This document shows positions 42,593 through 52,809 of a stretch of DNA of 64,000 nt, piece after piece. The notes beneath the pieces are model-generated. The model saw nothing but the letters and a program-made list of their open reading frames with translations. It had not been told where the DNA came from and did no database searches. The stretch comes from Dehalococcoidia bacterium (GTDB taxonomy: Bacteria > Chloroflexota > Dehalococcoidia > Lucifugimonadales > VXLM01). A program made the position numbers and the translations under genes. Every line of letters begins with the position of its first letter. The stretch's first letter is position 1. The stretch is from the NCBI GenBank assembly GCA_963662435.1, contig OY759598.1, positions 3,008,507 through 3,072,506 on the forward strand, given 5' to 3'.

Positions 42593-43540
42593 ATGACGAC
42601 GTTAGCCGCCATCGATGCCGGTTCCAACGCCATGCGTCTCGTTGTAGGGAGGCCCGGCCGGAACGGCGGGGTTGAAGTCGTGAAGAACAGCCGCGAGGCC
42701 GTGCGACTCGGCAAGGACGTGTTCGCCGGCGGACGAATGTCCCGTAAGCTCATGAAGGCGGCCACGCAGGCGTTCAGGCGGTTCCAAGACACCATCGACG
42801 AGTGGGGCGTCGAGCACACGGTGGCCGTCGGCACCAGCGCGCTCCGCGAGGCGGACAACCGGGATGAACTGCTCGACCGCGTCCACAGGAAGACCGGCAT
42901 AGAGGTGAACGTGATCGGCGGCCTTGAGGAGGCCCGGCTGGTGCACCTCGCAGTCTCTCGGAAGATCGACATCTCCGAGGGCGAGGCCGTGCTCGTCGAT
43001 GTCGGGGGCGGGAGCGTCGAGGTGACGCTGACCTCAGGCGGCGTCCTCATCGAAAGTCGCACGCTGAAAGTGGGGACGGTGCGGATGCTCCAGGTCCTGA
43101 ACGACCCGGAGCGCGGATTCGGCGACTTCATGGCGCAGATCGAGGAGATCAAGAGCGACACGCGGGACTGGACGACGGACGCGCTAGGGCATCATCTTGT
43201 CGGGCGGCTGGTGGGTACCGGCGGAAACGTCGAGAGCATCGGCGACCTGACGGGCAAGCGCGCGGGCAGGAAGGCGACATCCTACGCATCGTCCGGTGAC
43301 CTGCAGCGCATCCAGACGCAGCTGGAGTCGCTGAGCTTAAGCGGCCGCCAACGTGAACTGCGACTGCGCCCCGACCGCGCGGACGTAATCTATCCTGCGG
43401 TCATCGTCGTGCAGGCCCTGATGAACACCGTTTGGGCGAACAACCTCGCCATTCCCAGGGTGGGACTGAAGGACGGCGTCCTACTGAAACTCGCGAACAG
43501 CCTTGGCCTCGCGAACTCTGGACCTATTACGTATCTGTAG
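42593..43540 (+). CDS. Ppx/GppA phosphatase family (short form)
   Basis: AAIDAGSN, GTSALREA, EEARL, DVGGGSVE and DRADVI motifs. Confidence 0.9.
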   Translation: MTTLAAIDAGSNAMRLVVGRPGRNGGVEVVKNSREAVRLGKDVFAGGRMSRKLMKAATQAFRRFQDTIDEWGVEHTVAVGTSALREADNRDELLDRVHRKTGIEVNVIGGLEEARLVHLAVSRKIDISEGEAVLVDVGGGSVEVTLTSGGVLIESRTLKVGTVRMLQVLNDPERGFGDFMAQIEEIKSDTRDWTTDALGHHLVGRLVGTGGNVESIGDLTGKRAGRKATSYASSGDLQRIQTQLESLSLSGRQRELRLRPDRADVIYPAVIVVQALMNTVWANNLAIPRVGLKDGVLLKLANSLGLANSGPITYL

Positions 43541-43553
43541 CCGGGTTCGGAGG

Positions 43554-43823
43554 CTATCCGAGCGCCGCGACCTTGTTGGAGACGACGGCTTTCATCTCCT
43601 TGACGCGGTCGAGGTTGGGGTGACTCCCCTCCACGCTCTTATCGAAAATGGTTTCACCGTCCACGGTTACCGTGAGGACTCCGGCATCACCGGGTATCAG
43701 GCTTATCGCCGTGTCCGGCCCGCCTGCCGCAAAGAATTCGCTGACCATCCAGGCAGCTTCATTGTGGTAGCCTCAGGGCACGCAGTAGGCGATGTCTATC
43801 GCTATCTTGCCTTCCATTGCCAT
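43554..43823 (-). CDS. Rdx (SelW/SelT/SelH-like) selenoprotein, 89 aa, in-frame UGA at 43773-43775
   Basis: GGGAGG RBS, then MAMEGKIAIDIAYCVP-U-GYHNEAAWMVSEFF...LIPGDAGVLTVTVDGETIFDK. CxxU motif in an Rdx-like sequence. Confidence 0.85.
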
Positions 43824-43944
43824 TCGACGCCTCCCGACTGGGGTTGTATCGAGGCGAATGTAGCACAGGGGGTGGGGGGTGTCAACGAGCCGTGAGGTGG
43901 CGGGAGCGCGGATTCACTGCCGCGAGCGTGGAGGAGGATGTGCA

Positions 43945-44889
43945 ATGAGGCTGGTCGCGTGGGTACCCTCGGCGTTGGTCGTACTGGCCGTTGTTGCCTG
44001 CGGTGGCGGCGATTCGCAGGTCGATGAACGCCCGGAGACACGGCCCGCTTCTTCGCCCATCCCGACGACTGCCGCAACGCCCCTTCCGTCGGCCGCCGTG
44101 TCGCCCATGCCGACGGTGCCCGTCACGGTAGGTATGCAGCTTTCCATCGCGGTCGCTCCGATTCCGCCTGACACTCCCGACTACGACCGCGACGAGTGGC
44201 GTCACTGGACCGATGAAGACGGCGACTGCCAGAACGCGCGGCAAGAAGCCCTGATCGCGGAGTCCGTTACTCCGGTGAAGTACACGAACGACGACAAGTG
44301 CAGGGTAGCGTCAGGTTCGTGGGAGGGCCCGTTCACGGGCGACGTTTTCACCGACCCCGGCGATTTGGACATCGACCACATGGTGCCCCTGGCGAACGCC
44401 CACCGTTCCGGCGGGTGGGCATGGAGCGATGACAGGAAGCGCGAATACGCAAATGATCTGACATATGCGGGACACCTCATCGCCGTGCAGGTGTCAGCAA
44501 ACCGCGCGAAGGGCAGCAAAGGCCCGGACGGCTGGAAGCCACCTGAACAAGGCTACTGGTGCCAGTATGCCGTCGATTGGATAACCATCAAGAACACGTG
44601 GGACCTGACCGCCACGGAGTCCGAGGCCGATGCACTCTCCGACATGCTGAACACCTGTGAACCCTCACGTTCACTAGCGGTTCTCCAGGTTGAGTCGCCA
44701 CATACGGACGCCACCCTCACGCCCTCCCCAACCCCCAGATCCCACAAGACCTACGCCTCCTGCGACGATGCCCAGAACGCAGACGAACCCCGAGTGCGTG
44801 GCACCAAGGGCACCGGTCGAGGCTTCCCAGCAGCGATGGTGCCGTCCGCCCGCGACGGCGATGGCGACGGCGTAGTCTGCGAGCGATGA
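43945..44889 (+). CDS. Lipoprotein with a DUF1524/HNH-type nuclease domain and a C-terminal Excalibur-like Ca-binding domain
   Basis: Lipobox VVAC, Pro/Thr linker, DIDHMVP...NRAKG, and C-terminal YASCDDA...RDGDGDGVVCE. Confidence 0.82.
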   Translation: MRLVAWVPSALVVLAVVACGGGDSQVDERPETRPASSPIPTTAATPLPSAAVSPMPTVPVTVGMQLSIAVAPIPPDTPDYDRDEWRHWTDEDGDCQNARQEALIAESVTPVKYTNDDKCRVASGSWEGPFTGDVFTDPGDLDIDHMVPLANAHRSGGWAWSDDRKREYANDLTYAGHLIAVQVSANRAKGSKGPDGWKPPEQGYWCQYAVDWITIKNTWDLTATESEADALSDMLNTCEPSRSLAVLQVESPHTDATLTPSPTPRSHKTYASCDDAQNADEPRVRGTKGTGRGFPAAMVPSARDGDGDGVVCER

Positions 44890-45106
44890 TTTTCCAAGAG
44901 ATCGCATAGGGCTCATAGGTGAAACGTTGCCGTAAAGACTGACCCTTCGGCAGGCTTTAAAGTAACTGCGGGAACCCCCTCTCTGTATCTCTCCCCCGGC
45001 GGGAGAGATTAGAGGTTGTTGCATGGCAGTTACTGACACCCCGGCATGGTCCCAAACGCGGGGCGTTACGCTGCTCAGATTGAACGGATGAGGGAAGTAC
45101 GCGTCC

Positions 45107-46612
45107 TTACCAGTCGTGGATGGCTTTGGTGCCGTGGACGGGGCGGTAGAGCACGGGTTGAAGGGGTGTTTGGCCCATGAGGTAGCGGTCGATGCATCCG
45201 GCGGCGTCGCGGCCTTCGGCAATCGCCCAGACGACAAGGGACTGTCCCCGAGCCATGTCGCCGGCGGAGAAGACCTTGGGGACGCTCGTGCGCATATCGT
45301 TGTCGACGAGGACGTTCCCGCGCTGGTCGTACTCTACACCCAGCTGGTCGAGCATTCCGTCATGCTCGGGATGGACGAAGCCCATGGCGAGGAGGACGAG
45401 GTCGGCCTCGAGCTCGAAGTCGGTGTCGGGTATGGGCTGGGGCGGCCACGCGCCGGGCTCGACCCGCAGGCCGTGAAGTCGCTCCACCTTCCCGTTGGAG
45501 CCGGTGAAGCTCGCCGTGGAGATGTTGTAGTCGCGGATGCCGCCCTCCTCGTGGGCGGATGACGTCCTGAGTATGAGGGGCCACTCAGGCCAGGGGTTGC
45601 TGCCGGCGCGGTCCGTGGGCGGCTCAGGCATGATCTCGAACTGGTAGACGACCTCCGCTCCCTGCCTGTGGGCCGTCCCGAGACAGTCCGCTCCGGTGTC
45701 GCCTCCTCCGAGGATGACGACGCGCTTGCCCTCGGCCTCGATGCGGCGGGACGGGTCGACGGCCTGTCCGGAATTCAGACGGTTCTGCTGGGTCAGGTAC
45801 TCCATCGCAAAATGCACCCCGCTCAACTCCCGACCGGGGACGGGGAGGTCGCGCGCCTGGGTCGCGCCGCCTGTGAGGCAGATGGCGTCGTATTCCTCCA
45901 GGAGGTTGCCGGCGTCGAAGTCCCTGCCGACCCACGTGCTAGTCTTGAAGGTGACGCCCTCTGCCGTCATCTGGTCGACGCGGCGCTCCACCACGTGCTT
46001 TTCAAGCTTGAAATCGGGGATGCCGAGCCGGAGCAGTCCGCCCACGTACTCGTCGCGCTCGTAGACGGTGACGCGATGGCCCCGGCGGTTGAGCTGCTGT
46101 GCGGCGGCCATGCCAGCGGGACCCGATCCGATGACGGCGACCGTCTTGCCTGTTCGGAATGAGGGCGGCTCAGGCGTGATCCACCCGTTCTTCCAGCCGT
46201 GATCGGCGATGGACTTCTCGATGTACTCGATGGTGACGGGGTCGTCGGCCTCGGCGTGGCCGTTGTCGTAGTGCCGAGGGCGACCGACGATGCAGGCGGT
46301 CTCGCACGGTGCGGGACAGATGCGTCCCGTAAACTCCGGGAAGTTGTTGGTCGAGTGGAGGGACACGAGGGCCCTGTCCCATTGGTCTCGGTAGACGAAG
46401 TCATTCCAGTCGGGGATGACGTTCCCCAGCGGGCATCCGGTGAAGGAGTGGCACATGGGAACGGCGCAGTTCATGCACCGTCCGGCCTGCTCGCGGGCCT
46501 GCGTATTGTCCCAGTCGAGGAGGAACTCCTGCCAGTCCTGGACGCGCTCGGAGACGGGCCGCTTGGGGAGCGGCACCCGTGCATAGTCTATGAAGCCAGT
46601 GGGCTTGCCCAT
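45107..46612 (-). CDS. gltD: Glutamate synthase small subunit
   Basis: MGKPTGF, RCMNC, GRICPAPCE, GSGPAG, GGGDTG and RGQSLVVWAI motifs. Confidence 0.96.
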   Translation of the reverse strand: MGKPTGFIDYARVPLPKRPVSERVQDWQEFLLDWDNTQAREQAGRCMNCAVPMCHSFTGCPLGNVIPDWNDFVYRDQWDRALVSLHSTNNFPEFTGRICPAPCETACIVGRPRHYDNGHAEADDPVTIEYIEKSIADHGWKNGWITPEPPSFRTGKTVAVIGSGPAGMAAAQQLNRRGHRVTVYERDEYVGGLLRLGIPDFKLEKHVVERRVDQMTAEGVTFKTSTWVGRDFDAGNLLEEYDAICLTGGATQARDLPVPGRELSGVHFAMEYLTQQNRLNSGQAVDPSRRIEAEGKRVVILGGGDTGADCLGTAHRQGAEVVYQFEIMPEPPTDRAGSNPWPEWPLILRTSSAHEEGGIRDYNISTASFTGSNGKVERLHGLRVEPGAWPPQPIPDTDFELEADLVLLAMGFVHPEHDGMLDQLGVEYDQRGNVLVDNDMRTSVPKVFSAGDMARGQSLVVWAIAEGRDAAGCIDRYLMGQTPLQPVLYRPVHGTKAIHDW

Positions 46613-46638
46613 GAGATCGGTGTTTTAGGAGACGTCCG

Positions 46639-49600
46639 CTATGTCCCTTGCTCGGCCTTTGCGGCACGCTCCATGAGGACTCGCTTGTAGTCGTGCGGCA
46701 TGATCTTGATGAATTTTGGAAGTGTTTCGTCCCAGTTTGCGAGCACGCGCTCGGCCGGGGCGCTTCCAGTATACCGCAAGTGGTTGGCGAGTAGGCGGCG
46801 GAGAGTCTCGATGTCCTCTGGCGCTTCAACGGGTTCGAGGGCGACCATCTCGGTGTTGCAGAGAGTGGGGAACTCTCCCTCTTCGTCGAGGATGTACACC
46901 TCGCCGCCGCTCATCCCGGCGGCAAAGTTGCGTCCGGTGGGACCGAGTACGACGACGCGTCCTCCCGTCATGTACTCGCAGCCGTGGTCGCCCACGCCCT
47001 CGACTACGGCCTCGGCGCCGCTGTTTCGGACGCAGAAGCGCTCACCGGCGATGCCACGTATGTAGGCCTGACCGCCGGTCGCGCCATAGAGGGAGACGTT
47101 GCCGACGATGGTATTGTCCTCCGGGGTGAAGGTGGATCGTTCGGGCGGGACTATGACGACCTTGCCGCCGGAGAGACCCTTGCAGAAATAGTCGTTTGCG
47201 TCGCCTTCGAGCCGGAACGTGATGCCCGGCGAGAGGAAGGCTGCGAAGCTCTGTCCGCCGGAACCGGTGAAATCAAGCTGGATGGTGTCTTCCGGGAGGC
47301 CGTCCTCGCCGTGGCGCTTGGCAATCTGGTTGCTAAGCATGGTGCCGAGCGTACGATTGCGGTTGCGTATGTCGAGGGCGAAGCGGACGGGCGAGCCGTC
47401 CTCGATGGCGGGCCTGCAGCGCTCGATGAGCTCGTGGTCGAGGGCGTCGGCGATGCCGTGGTCCTGCGCCTGCTCGGGGACGAAGTGCGTGGCGATGCCG
47501 TCGGGGACTTCCGGCCTGTGGAGCAGGGAGGAGAAGTCGAGGCCGCTCGCCTTCCAGTGGTCAATGGCGGCTGCAGCGTCCAGGCGGTCGACACGCCCGA
47601 CCATCTCGTCGATGGTGCGGAAGCCCATGTCGGCCATGACCTCGCGGAGTTGCTCGGCGACGAAGAAGAAATAGTTGATGACGTGTTCAGGCTGCCCGGC
47701 GAACTTCTCGCGGAGGACGGGATCTTGGGTCGCTATGCCGACAGAGCAGGTGTTCAGGTGGCACTTGCGGAGCATGATGCAGCCCATCACGATGAGCGGC
47801 GCCGTCGCGAAACCGAATTCCTCGGCTCCGAGAAGGCATGCAATCGCCACGTCCCGGCCGGTCTTGAGTTGTCCGTCCGTCTGGACGACGATGCGACCAC
47901 GCAGGTCGTTCATCACGAGGACCTGCTGCGTCTCAGCCACGCCTAGCTCCCACGGGAGACCGGCGTACTTTATCGACGACTCAGGTGACGCGCCCGTGCC
48001 GCCGGAATCGCCGCTGATGAGGACGACGTCGCCGTGTCCCTTGGACACGCCCGCGGCGATCGTGCCGACCCCGGCCTCGGCAACGAGCTTGACGTGGACG
48101 CGGGCCTCGGGGTTGGAGTTCTTGAGGTCGTGTATGAGCTGGGCAAGGTCCTCGATGGAGTAAATATCGTGGTGTGGAGGTGGCGAGATCAGCTCTACGC
48201 CGGGCATTGAATGGCGCACCCAGCCGATGTACTCGTCGACCTTGTGGCCTGGGAGCTGGCCGCCCTCGCCGGGCTTGGAGCCCTGGGCCATCTTGATCTG
48301 GAGATCGGTGGCGTTGGCAAGATATGTCGAAGTGACGCCGAAGCGGCCGGATGCGACCTGCTTCATGGCGCTGTTGCGGGAGTCGCCGTTTTCGTCGGGG
48401 GTGTAGCGATGGTAGTCCTCTCCCCCCTCTCCCGTGTTGCTCCGAGCATCGATGCGGTTCATGGCGATTGCCATGGTCTCGTGCGCCTCCTTGCTGATGG
48501 AGCCGAGTGAGGCCGCGCCGGTGGCGAAGCGCTTGACGATTTCGGCGGCGGACTCGACCTCGTCGAGAGGGACTGGGTCGTCGGAACTCTTCAGATCGAG
48601 AAGGCCTCGAATGGTGCAGAGGCGTCTGCTGTAGTCGTTGGCGGCATGGGTGAACTGCTCGAAGGTGGTGTAGTCGTTCACGCGGGTTGCGTACTGGAGA
48701 GCGGCGATGGTGTCGGGGTTCCACATGTGGTACTCGCCGTCACGACGCCAGTAGTACATTCCTCCGGCATCAAGGTCGTGAGACCCGTTGCCGTTGCGGG
48801 CTGCGTAGGCGGCCGCATGGCGGCGGACCGCCTCGCGCTCGATCTCCTCGATGCCGATTCCGCCGACGCGGGAGGGCGTCCACGTGAAGTAGCGGTCGAC
48901 GAAATCCTGGTGAAGGCCGACTGCCTCGAATATCTGCGCGCCACAGTAGCTCTGGAGGGTCGAGATGCCCATCTTGGACATGACCTTCACGACGCCCTTG
49001 AGGACGGCCTTGACGTAGTTCTTCTCTGCTGACTTGTAATCGGTGCCGTTCGAGTAGGAGCGCTCCTTGGCCAACTGGGCAAGAGTCTCGAATGCGACGT
49101 AGGGGTTGACCGCCCCTGCTCCATAGCCGAAAAGAAGGGATATCTGTCCCACGTCCCTCGGCTCCCCTGACTCGACGACGATTCCGACCTTCGTCCGTAG
49201 TCCCTCGCGGATGAGGTGGTGATGCAGCCCCGCGGTCGCCAGCAGACTGGGTATGGCGGCGTGCTCCGCGTCGATGTCACGGTCCGACAGGATGATGATG
49301 GTGCACCCGTCGGCGACGGCCTCGGACGCGGCCTCGCACAGAGCGTCCATGGCGCGTTTCAGAGCGCCGGGGCCGTCCCCGGGCCGGAATACGCTCGATA
49401 GGGTGACAGACTTGGCATAGTCGTCCTGTATGGCACGGATCTTGGCAAGCTCGGCATTGGTAAGAACGGGACGGTGGAGCTTGAGCTGTCGGCACTGTTC
49501 GGGATTCTCGTCGAAGAGGTTTCCCTCGCACCCGATGAACGACTCAACTGAGGTGACAAGCTCCTCACGAATGGCGTCAAGAGGCGGATTGCTCACCTGG

Positions 49601-51180
49601 GCAAATAGCTGTTTGAAGTACCAGAAGAGGAGCGGCGCCTCGTCGGAGAGGACGGCGAGCGGGGTGTCGTTGCCCATTGAGCCAACGGCCTCCGCGCCGT
49701 TTTCTGCCATGGGGGCCAGGATCATGCTCGTGTCTTCGAGGGTATAGCCGAATGCCGCCTGACGCCGCTGCAGGGTGTGGAAGTCGTGGCCGGGCACGTC
49801 GTCCGGCTCCGGCAGGTCGTCCAGCGCGCGGGCGTTCTCGGCGAGCCATTCACCGTAGGGGCGCTGGGCGCTGAGCTGCGTTTTGATCTCCTCGTCGGGG
49901 ATGAGCCTGCCGCGCTCGGTGTCCAGCAGGAACATGCGCCCAGGCTGGATGCGCGACTTGTAAATGATGTCCTCGTCCGGAATGTCGAGCACTCCCGTCT
50001 CGGAGGCCATGACGAGCAGGTCGTCGTTCGTCACGAGGAACCGGCACGGACGCAGGCCGTTGCGGTCCAGGATGGCGCACACCTGACTGCCGTCGGTCCC
50101 GATCATGAGCGCTGGGCCGTCCCAGGGCTCCATGAGGGTGGAGTGGTACTCGTAGAACGCCTTCTTGTCCTCGCTCATCGGAATGTGGTCTGCCCACGCC
50201 TCGGGGATCATCATCATCATCGAGTGTGGCAGCGAGCGACCGGTCGCCAAGAGCAGCTCGAGGACGTTGTCGAAGGTCGCGGTGTCGCTCTGGTCGGTCG
50301 CGGCGACGATGGGGAAGAGCTTGCCGATGTCATCGCCCAGCGTTTCGGATGCCAGCATGGCGTGTCGCGCGGTCATCCAGTTGGTGTTGCCGCGCAGGGT
50401 GTTGATCTCGCCGTTGTGGATGACGTGGCGATAGGGATGAGCGAGCCGCCACGTGCCGAGCGTGTTCGTGCTAAACCTTGAGTGCACCATCGCAAAGCAC
50501 GAAGTGATGTCCGTATCGCCCAGGTCGAGGTAGAAGCGCTCAAGCTGGTGGGCAAGAATGAGGCCCTTGTAGATGATCCTGTTTGCGGAGAGACAGACGA
50601 TGTAGAGGTCTTCGTCCTTTGCCCGGCTCTCGATCTGCCGGCGGAGGACGTATAGACGCAGTTCGAAGGGCGCCTTGTCGGACCTGTTGTCAGGGCGGTC
50701 CACAAAGAACTGCCGGATGAATGGCATCACACCGCGCGACAACACGCCGATGGAGTCGGGATTCGTGGGAACGTCGCGCCAGCCGAGAAGGCGGCACCCC
50801 TCGTCCCGAACGGTCTGTTCGATGATTCGAATGCACCGTTCACGCGCTTCGGGATCCTGCGGCAGGAAAATTGTCCCGACGCCGTAGCCACCGAGGTCGG
50901 GAAGGTCGAATCCGAGTGACTCGGCCTCCTTCGCGAAGAACTCGTGAGGCATCTGCATGAGGATGCCCGCGCCGTCGCCGGTCTCTGGGTCCGCCCCCGC
51001 CGCGCCTCGATGTCCGAGGTTTATGAGGACCTCAAGGCCCTTGTTGATGATGTCGTGCGACTTCCTGCCCTTGATGTCGGCGACGAGTCCGACGCCACAG
51101 GCGTCGTGCTCGAAGCGCGGGTCGTAGAGCCCCTGCTTCGAAGGAAGTGGAAGGTCGGGATATGGGTAGGAAGTGTTCAT
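46639..51180 (-). CDS. gltB: Glutamate synthase large subunit
   Basis: HDACGVG, HSRFSTNT, KPGEGGQLPG, Fe-S motif CIMLRKCHLNTC and GXGXG repeats. Confidence 0.98.
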   Translation of the reverse strand: MNTSYPYPDLPLPSKQGLYDPRFEHDACGVGLVADIKGRKSHDIINKGLEVLINLGHRGAAGADPETGDGAGILMQMPHEFFAKEAESLGFDLPDLGGYGVGTIFLPQDPEARERCIRIIEQTVRDEGCRLLGWRDVPTNPDSIGVLSRGVMPFIRQFFVDRPDNRSDKAPFELRLYVLRRQIESRAKDEDLYIVCLSANRIIYKGLILAHQLERFYLDLGDTDITSCFAMVHSRFSTNTLGTWRLAHPYRHVIHNGEINTLRGNTNWMTARHAMLASETLGDDIGKLFPIVAATDQSDTATFDNVLELLLATGRSLPHSMMMMIPEAWADHIPMSEDKKAFYEYHSTLMEPWDGPALMIGTDGSQVCAILDRNGLRPCRFLVTNDDLLVMASETGVLDIPDEDIIYKSRIQPGRMFLLDTERGRLIPDEEIKTQLSAQRPYGEWLAENARALDDLPEPDDVPGHDFHTLQRRQAAFGYTLEDTSMILAPMAENGAEAVGSMGNDTPLAVLSDEAPLLFWYFKQLFAQVSNPPLDAIREELVTSVESFIGCEGNLFDENPEQCRQLKLHRPVLTNAELAKIRAIQDDYAKSVTLSSVFRPGDGPGALKRAMDALCEAASEAVADGCTIIILSDRDIDAEHAAIPSLLATAGLHHHLIREGLRTKVGIVVESGEPRDVGQISLLFGYGAGAVNPYVAFETLAQLAKERSYSNGTDYKSAEKNYVKAVLKGVVKVMSKMGISTLQSYCGAQIFEAVGLHQDFVDRYFTWTPSRVGGIGIEEIEREAVRRHAAAYAARNGNGSHDLDAGGMYYWRRDGEYHMWNPDTIAALQYATRVNDYTTFEQFTHAANDYSRRLCTIRGLLDLKSSDDPVPLDEVESAAEIVKRFATGAASLGSISKEAHETMAIAMNRIDARSNTGEGGEDYHRYTPDENGDSRNSAMKQVASGRFGVTSTYLANATDLQIKMAQGSKPGEGGQLPGHKVDEYIGWVRHSMPGVELISPPPHHDIYSIEDLAQLIHDLKNSNPEARVHVKLVAEAGVGTIAAGVSKGHGDVVLISGDSGGTGASPESSIKYAGLPWELGVAETQQVLVMNDLRGRIVVQTDGQLKTGRDVAIACLLGAEEFGFATAPLIVMGCIMLRKCHLNTCSVGIATQDPVLREKFAGQPEHVINYFFFVAEQLREVMADMGFRTIDEMVGRVDRLDAAAAIDHWKASGLDFSSLLHRPEVPDGIATHFVPEQAQDHGIADALDHELIERCRPAIEDGSPVRFALDIRNRNRTLGTMLSNQIAKRHGEDGLPEDTIQLDFTGSGGQSFAAFLSPGITFRLEGDANDYFCKGLSGGKVVIVPPERSTFTPEDNTIVGNVSLYGATGGQAYIRGIAGERFCVRNSGAEAVVEGVGDHGCEYMTGGRVVVLGPTGRNFAAGMSGGEVYILDEEGEFPTLCNTEMVALEPVEAPEDIETLRRLLANHLRYTGSAPAERVLANWDETLPKFIKIMPHDYKRVLMERAAKAEQGT

Positions 51181-51192
51181 GGGTCTCGATGC

Positions 51193-52560
51193 CTAAAGGT
51201 CGGCCAGGTGTCGGTCGATCTCATAATCAGTCACCTGCATTGAATAGCGGTCCCACTCGACCTTCTTGTTGTGGATGAAGCTCTCGAAAACGTGGTCGCC
51301 GAGGGCGTTGCGCACCAGCTCGCTCTTCTCGGTTGCCGCTACGGCTTCTTCGAGGGAGCGAGGAAGTGTCCCAATGCCGGCCGCTTGGCGGTCCTCATCG
51401 GTCATAGCGAAAACGTTCGCCTCGGCGGCTGGCGGAAGTTCGTACTGCTTTTCGATCCCCTCCAGTCCGGCAGCGAGCATGACGCTGAACGCCAGGTAGG
51501 GGTTGCAGGCGGGATCGGGGGCGCGGTACTCGATGCGCCGGGACTCCTCCCTGCCCTCCTTGAAAGTTGGGACACGCACAAGGTCGGAGCGGTTCACGTT
51601 CGCCCATGACACGTAGACGGGCGCTTCGTAGTCGAGAGGAGTATCGAGAGGACTGCGTACAAGCCGCTTGTACGAGTTCACCCACTGGTTGGTCACGGCA
51701 GTGATCTCGGGGGCGTGCCGGAGCAGCCCGGCAATGAACCACTTGGCGACCTGCGATAGCCGGTCTGGGTCCTCTGGGTCGTGGAATACGTTGCCGTTTC
51801 CGTTCGAAAGGGACTGGTGAGTGTGCATTCCGCTGCCGTTGATGCCGTAGACCGGCTTCGGCATGAAGGTGGCGTAGCACCCTTGGCTGACGGCCACCTC
51901 CTTGATGACCACACGGCAAGTCATCACGGTGTCGGCCATCGTGAGGGCGTCCGTGTGCCGAAGGTCGATCTCGTGCTGGCTGGGGGCAACCTCGTGATGG
52001 CTGAACACGACGGGGATTTCAAGGTCCTCGAGGGTGAGAACGGTCTCTCGCCTCAGGTTAGTTGCGAGGTCCTGGGGGTTCTGGTCGAAGTAGCCGGCCT
52101 CATCGAGGTACTCGACCCCTTTGGAGTCCTTGAAGTAGAAATACTCCAACTCCGGCGCGACATAGTAGGTATAGCCGAGTTTGGCCGCGCGCTCGAGGTT
52201 TCGGCGCAGCACCGCCCGCGGGTCGCCCTCAAATGGCTCCCCTGTGGGTGTGACAAGGTCGCAGAACATCTTGGCGACAGCATTGGTCTTGGGACGCCAG
52301 GGGAGCAGGCTGAACGTCGTCGGATCGGGGAGAGCGTACATGTCGGTCTCGCGGTAGCGAGCGAACCCCTCGATGGACGAGCCGTCGAAGCTCATGCCCC
52401 GCGTGAGGGCGATCTCCAACTCCTCGACCGTGACGGCCAAGCCCTTGAGACTCCCGAGGATATCGGTGAACCACAGGCGAATGAACTTGACGTCGTTCTC
52501 GCGCGCCTTGCGGAGGACGTACTCGATCTCCTGTGGGTCTCGTTCTAGGGTCGTCGGCAT
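51193..52560 (-). CDS. glnA: Glutamine synthetase, type I-alpha-like
   Basis: FDGSSIEG, ELEY, HHEVAPSQHE, NGSGMHTH, YEAP and RIEYRAPDPACNPYL motifs. Confidence 0.88.
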   Translation of the reverse strand: MPTTLERDPQEIEYVLRKARENDVKFIRLWFTDILGSLKGLAVTVEELEIALTRGMSFDGSSIEGFARYRETDMYALPDPTTFSLLPWRPKTNAVAKMFCDLVTPTGEPFEGDPRAVLRRNLERAAKLGYTYYVAPELEYFYFKDSKGVEYLDEAGYFDQNPQDLATNLRRETVLTLEDLEIPVVFSHHEVAPSQHEIDLRHTDALTMADTVMTCRVVIKEVAVSQGCYATFMPKPVYGINGSGMHTHQSLSNGNGNVFHDPEDPDRLSQVAKWFIAGLLRHAPEITAVTNQWVNSYKRLVRSPLDTPLDYEAPVYVSWANVNRSDLVRVPTFKEGREESRRIEYRAPDPACNPYLAFSVMLAAGLEGIEKQYELPPAAEANVFAMTDEDRQAAGIGTLPRSLEEAVAATEKSELVRNALGDHVFESFIHNKKVEWDRYSMQVTDYEIDRHLADL

Positions 52561-52613
52561 GGGCGTCGTATCCGAGGTCCTCAGCGGCCCCATTAGGTCT
52601 GAGGTGAACGTTC

Positions 52614-52643
52614 AGTATAGCTATTCATGAATTTTAGTGTCAA
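52614..52643 (-). promoter_or_regulatory. Sigma70 promoter for glnA-gltB-gltD
   Basis: TTGACA-18 bp-TATACT on the minus strand, with palindrome ATTCATGAAT in the spacer. Confidence 0.7.
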
Positions 52644-52809
52644 TGTTCTCCGCGTCGTCGTTACGCGGCTTGTCGTCATTCAGGGCCATATTTCCGCCCA
52701 CGCGACCGCGATGTTTCGAGGGGACAGTGGTGCAAGAACGCCGCCGGTTCCCGATCGGACCGGCGGCGTCTGATCTGCATGGGCCTTGCGCCCCTGGGAT
52801 TGCGAAACT

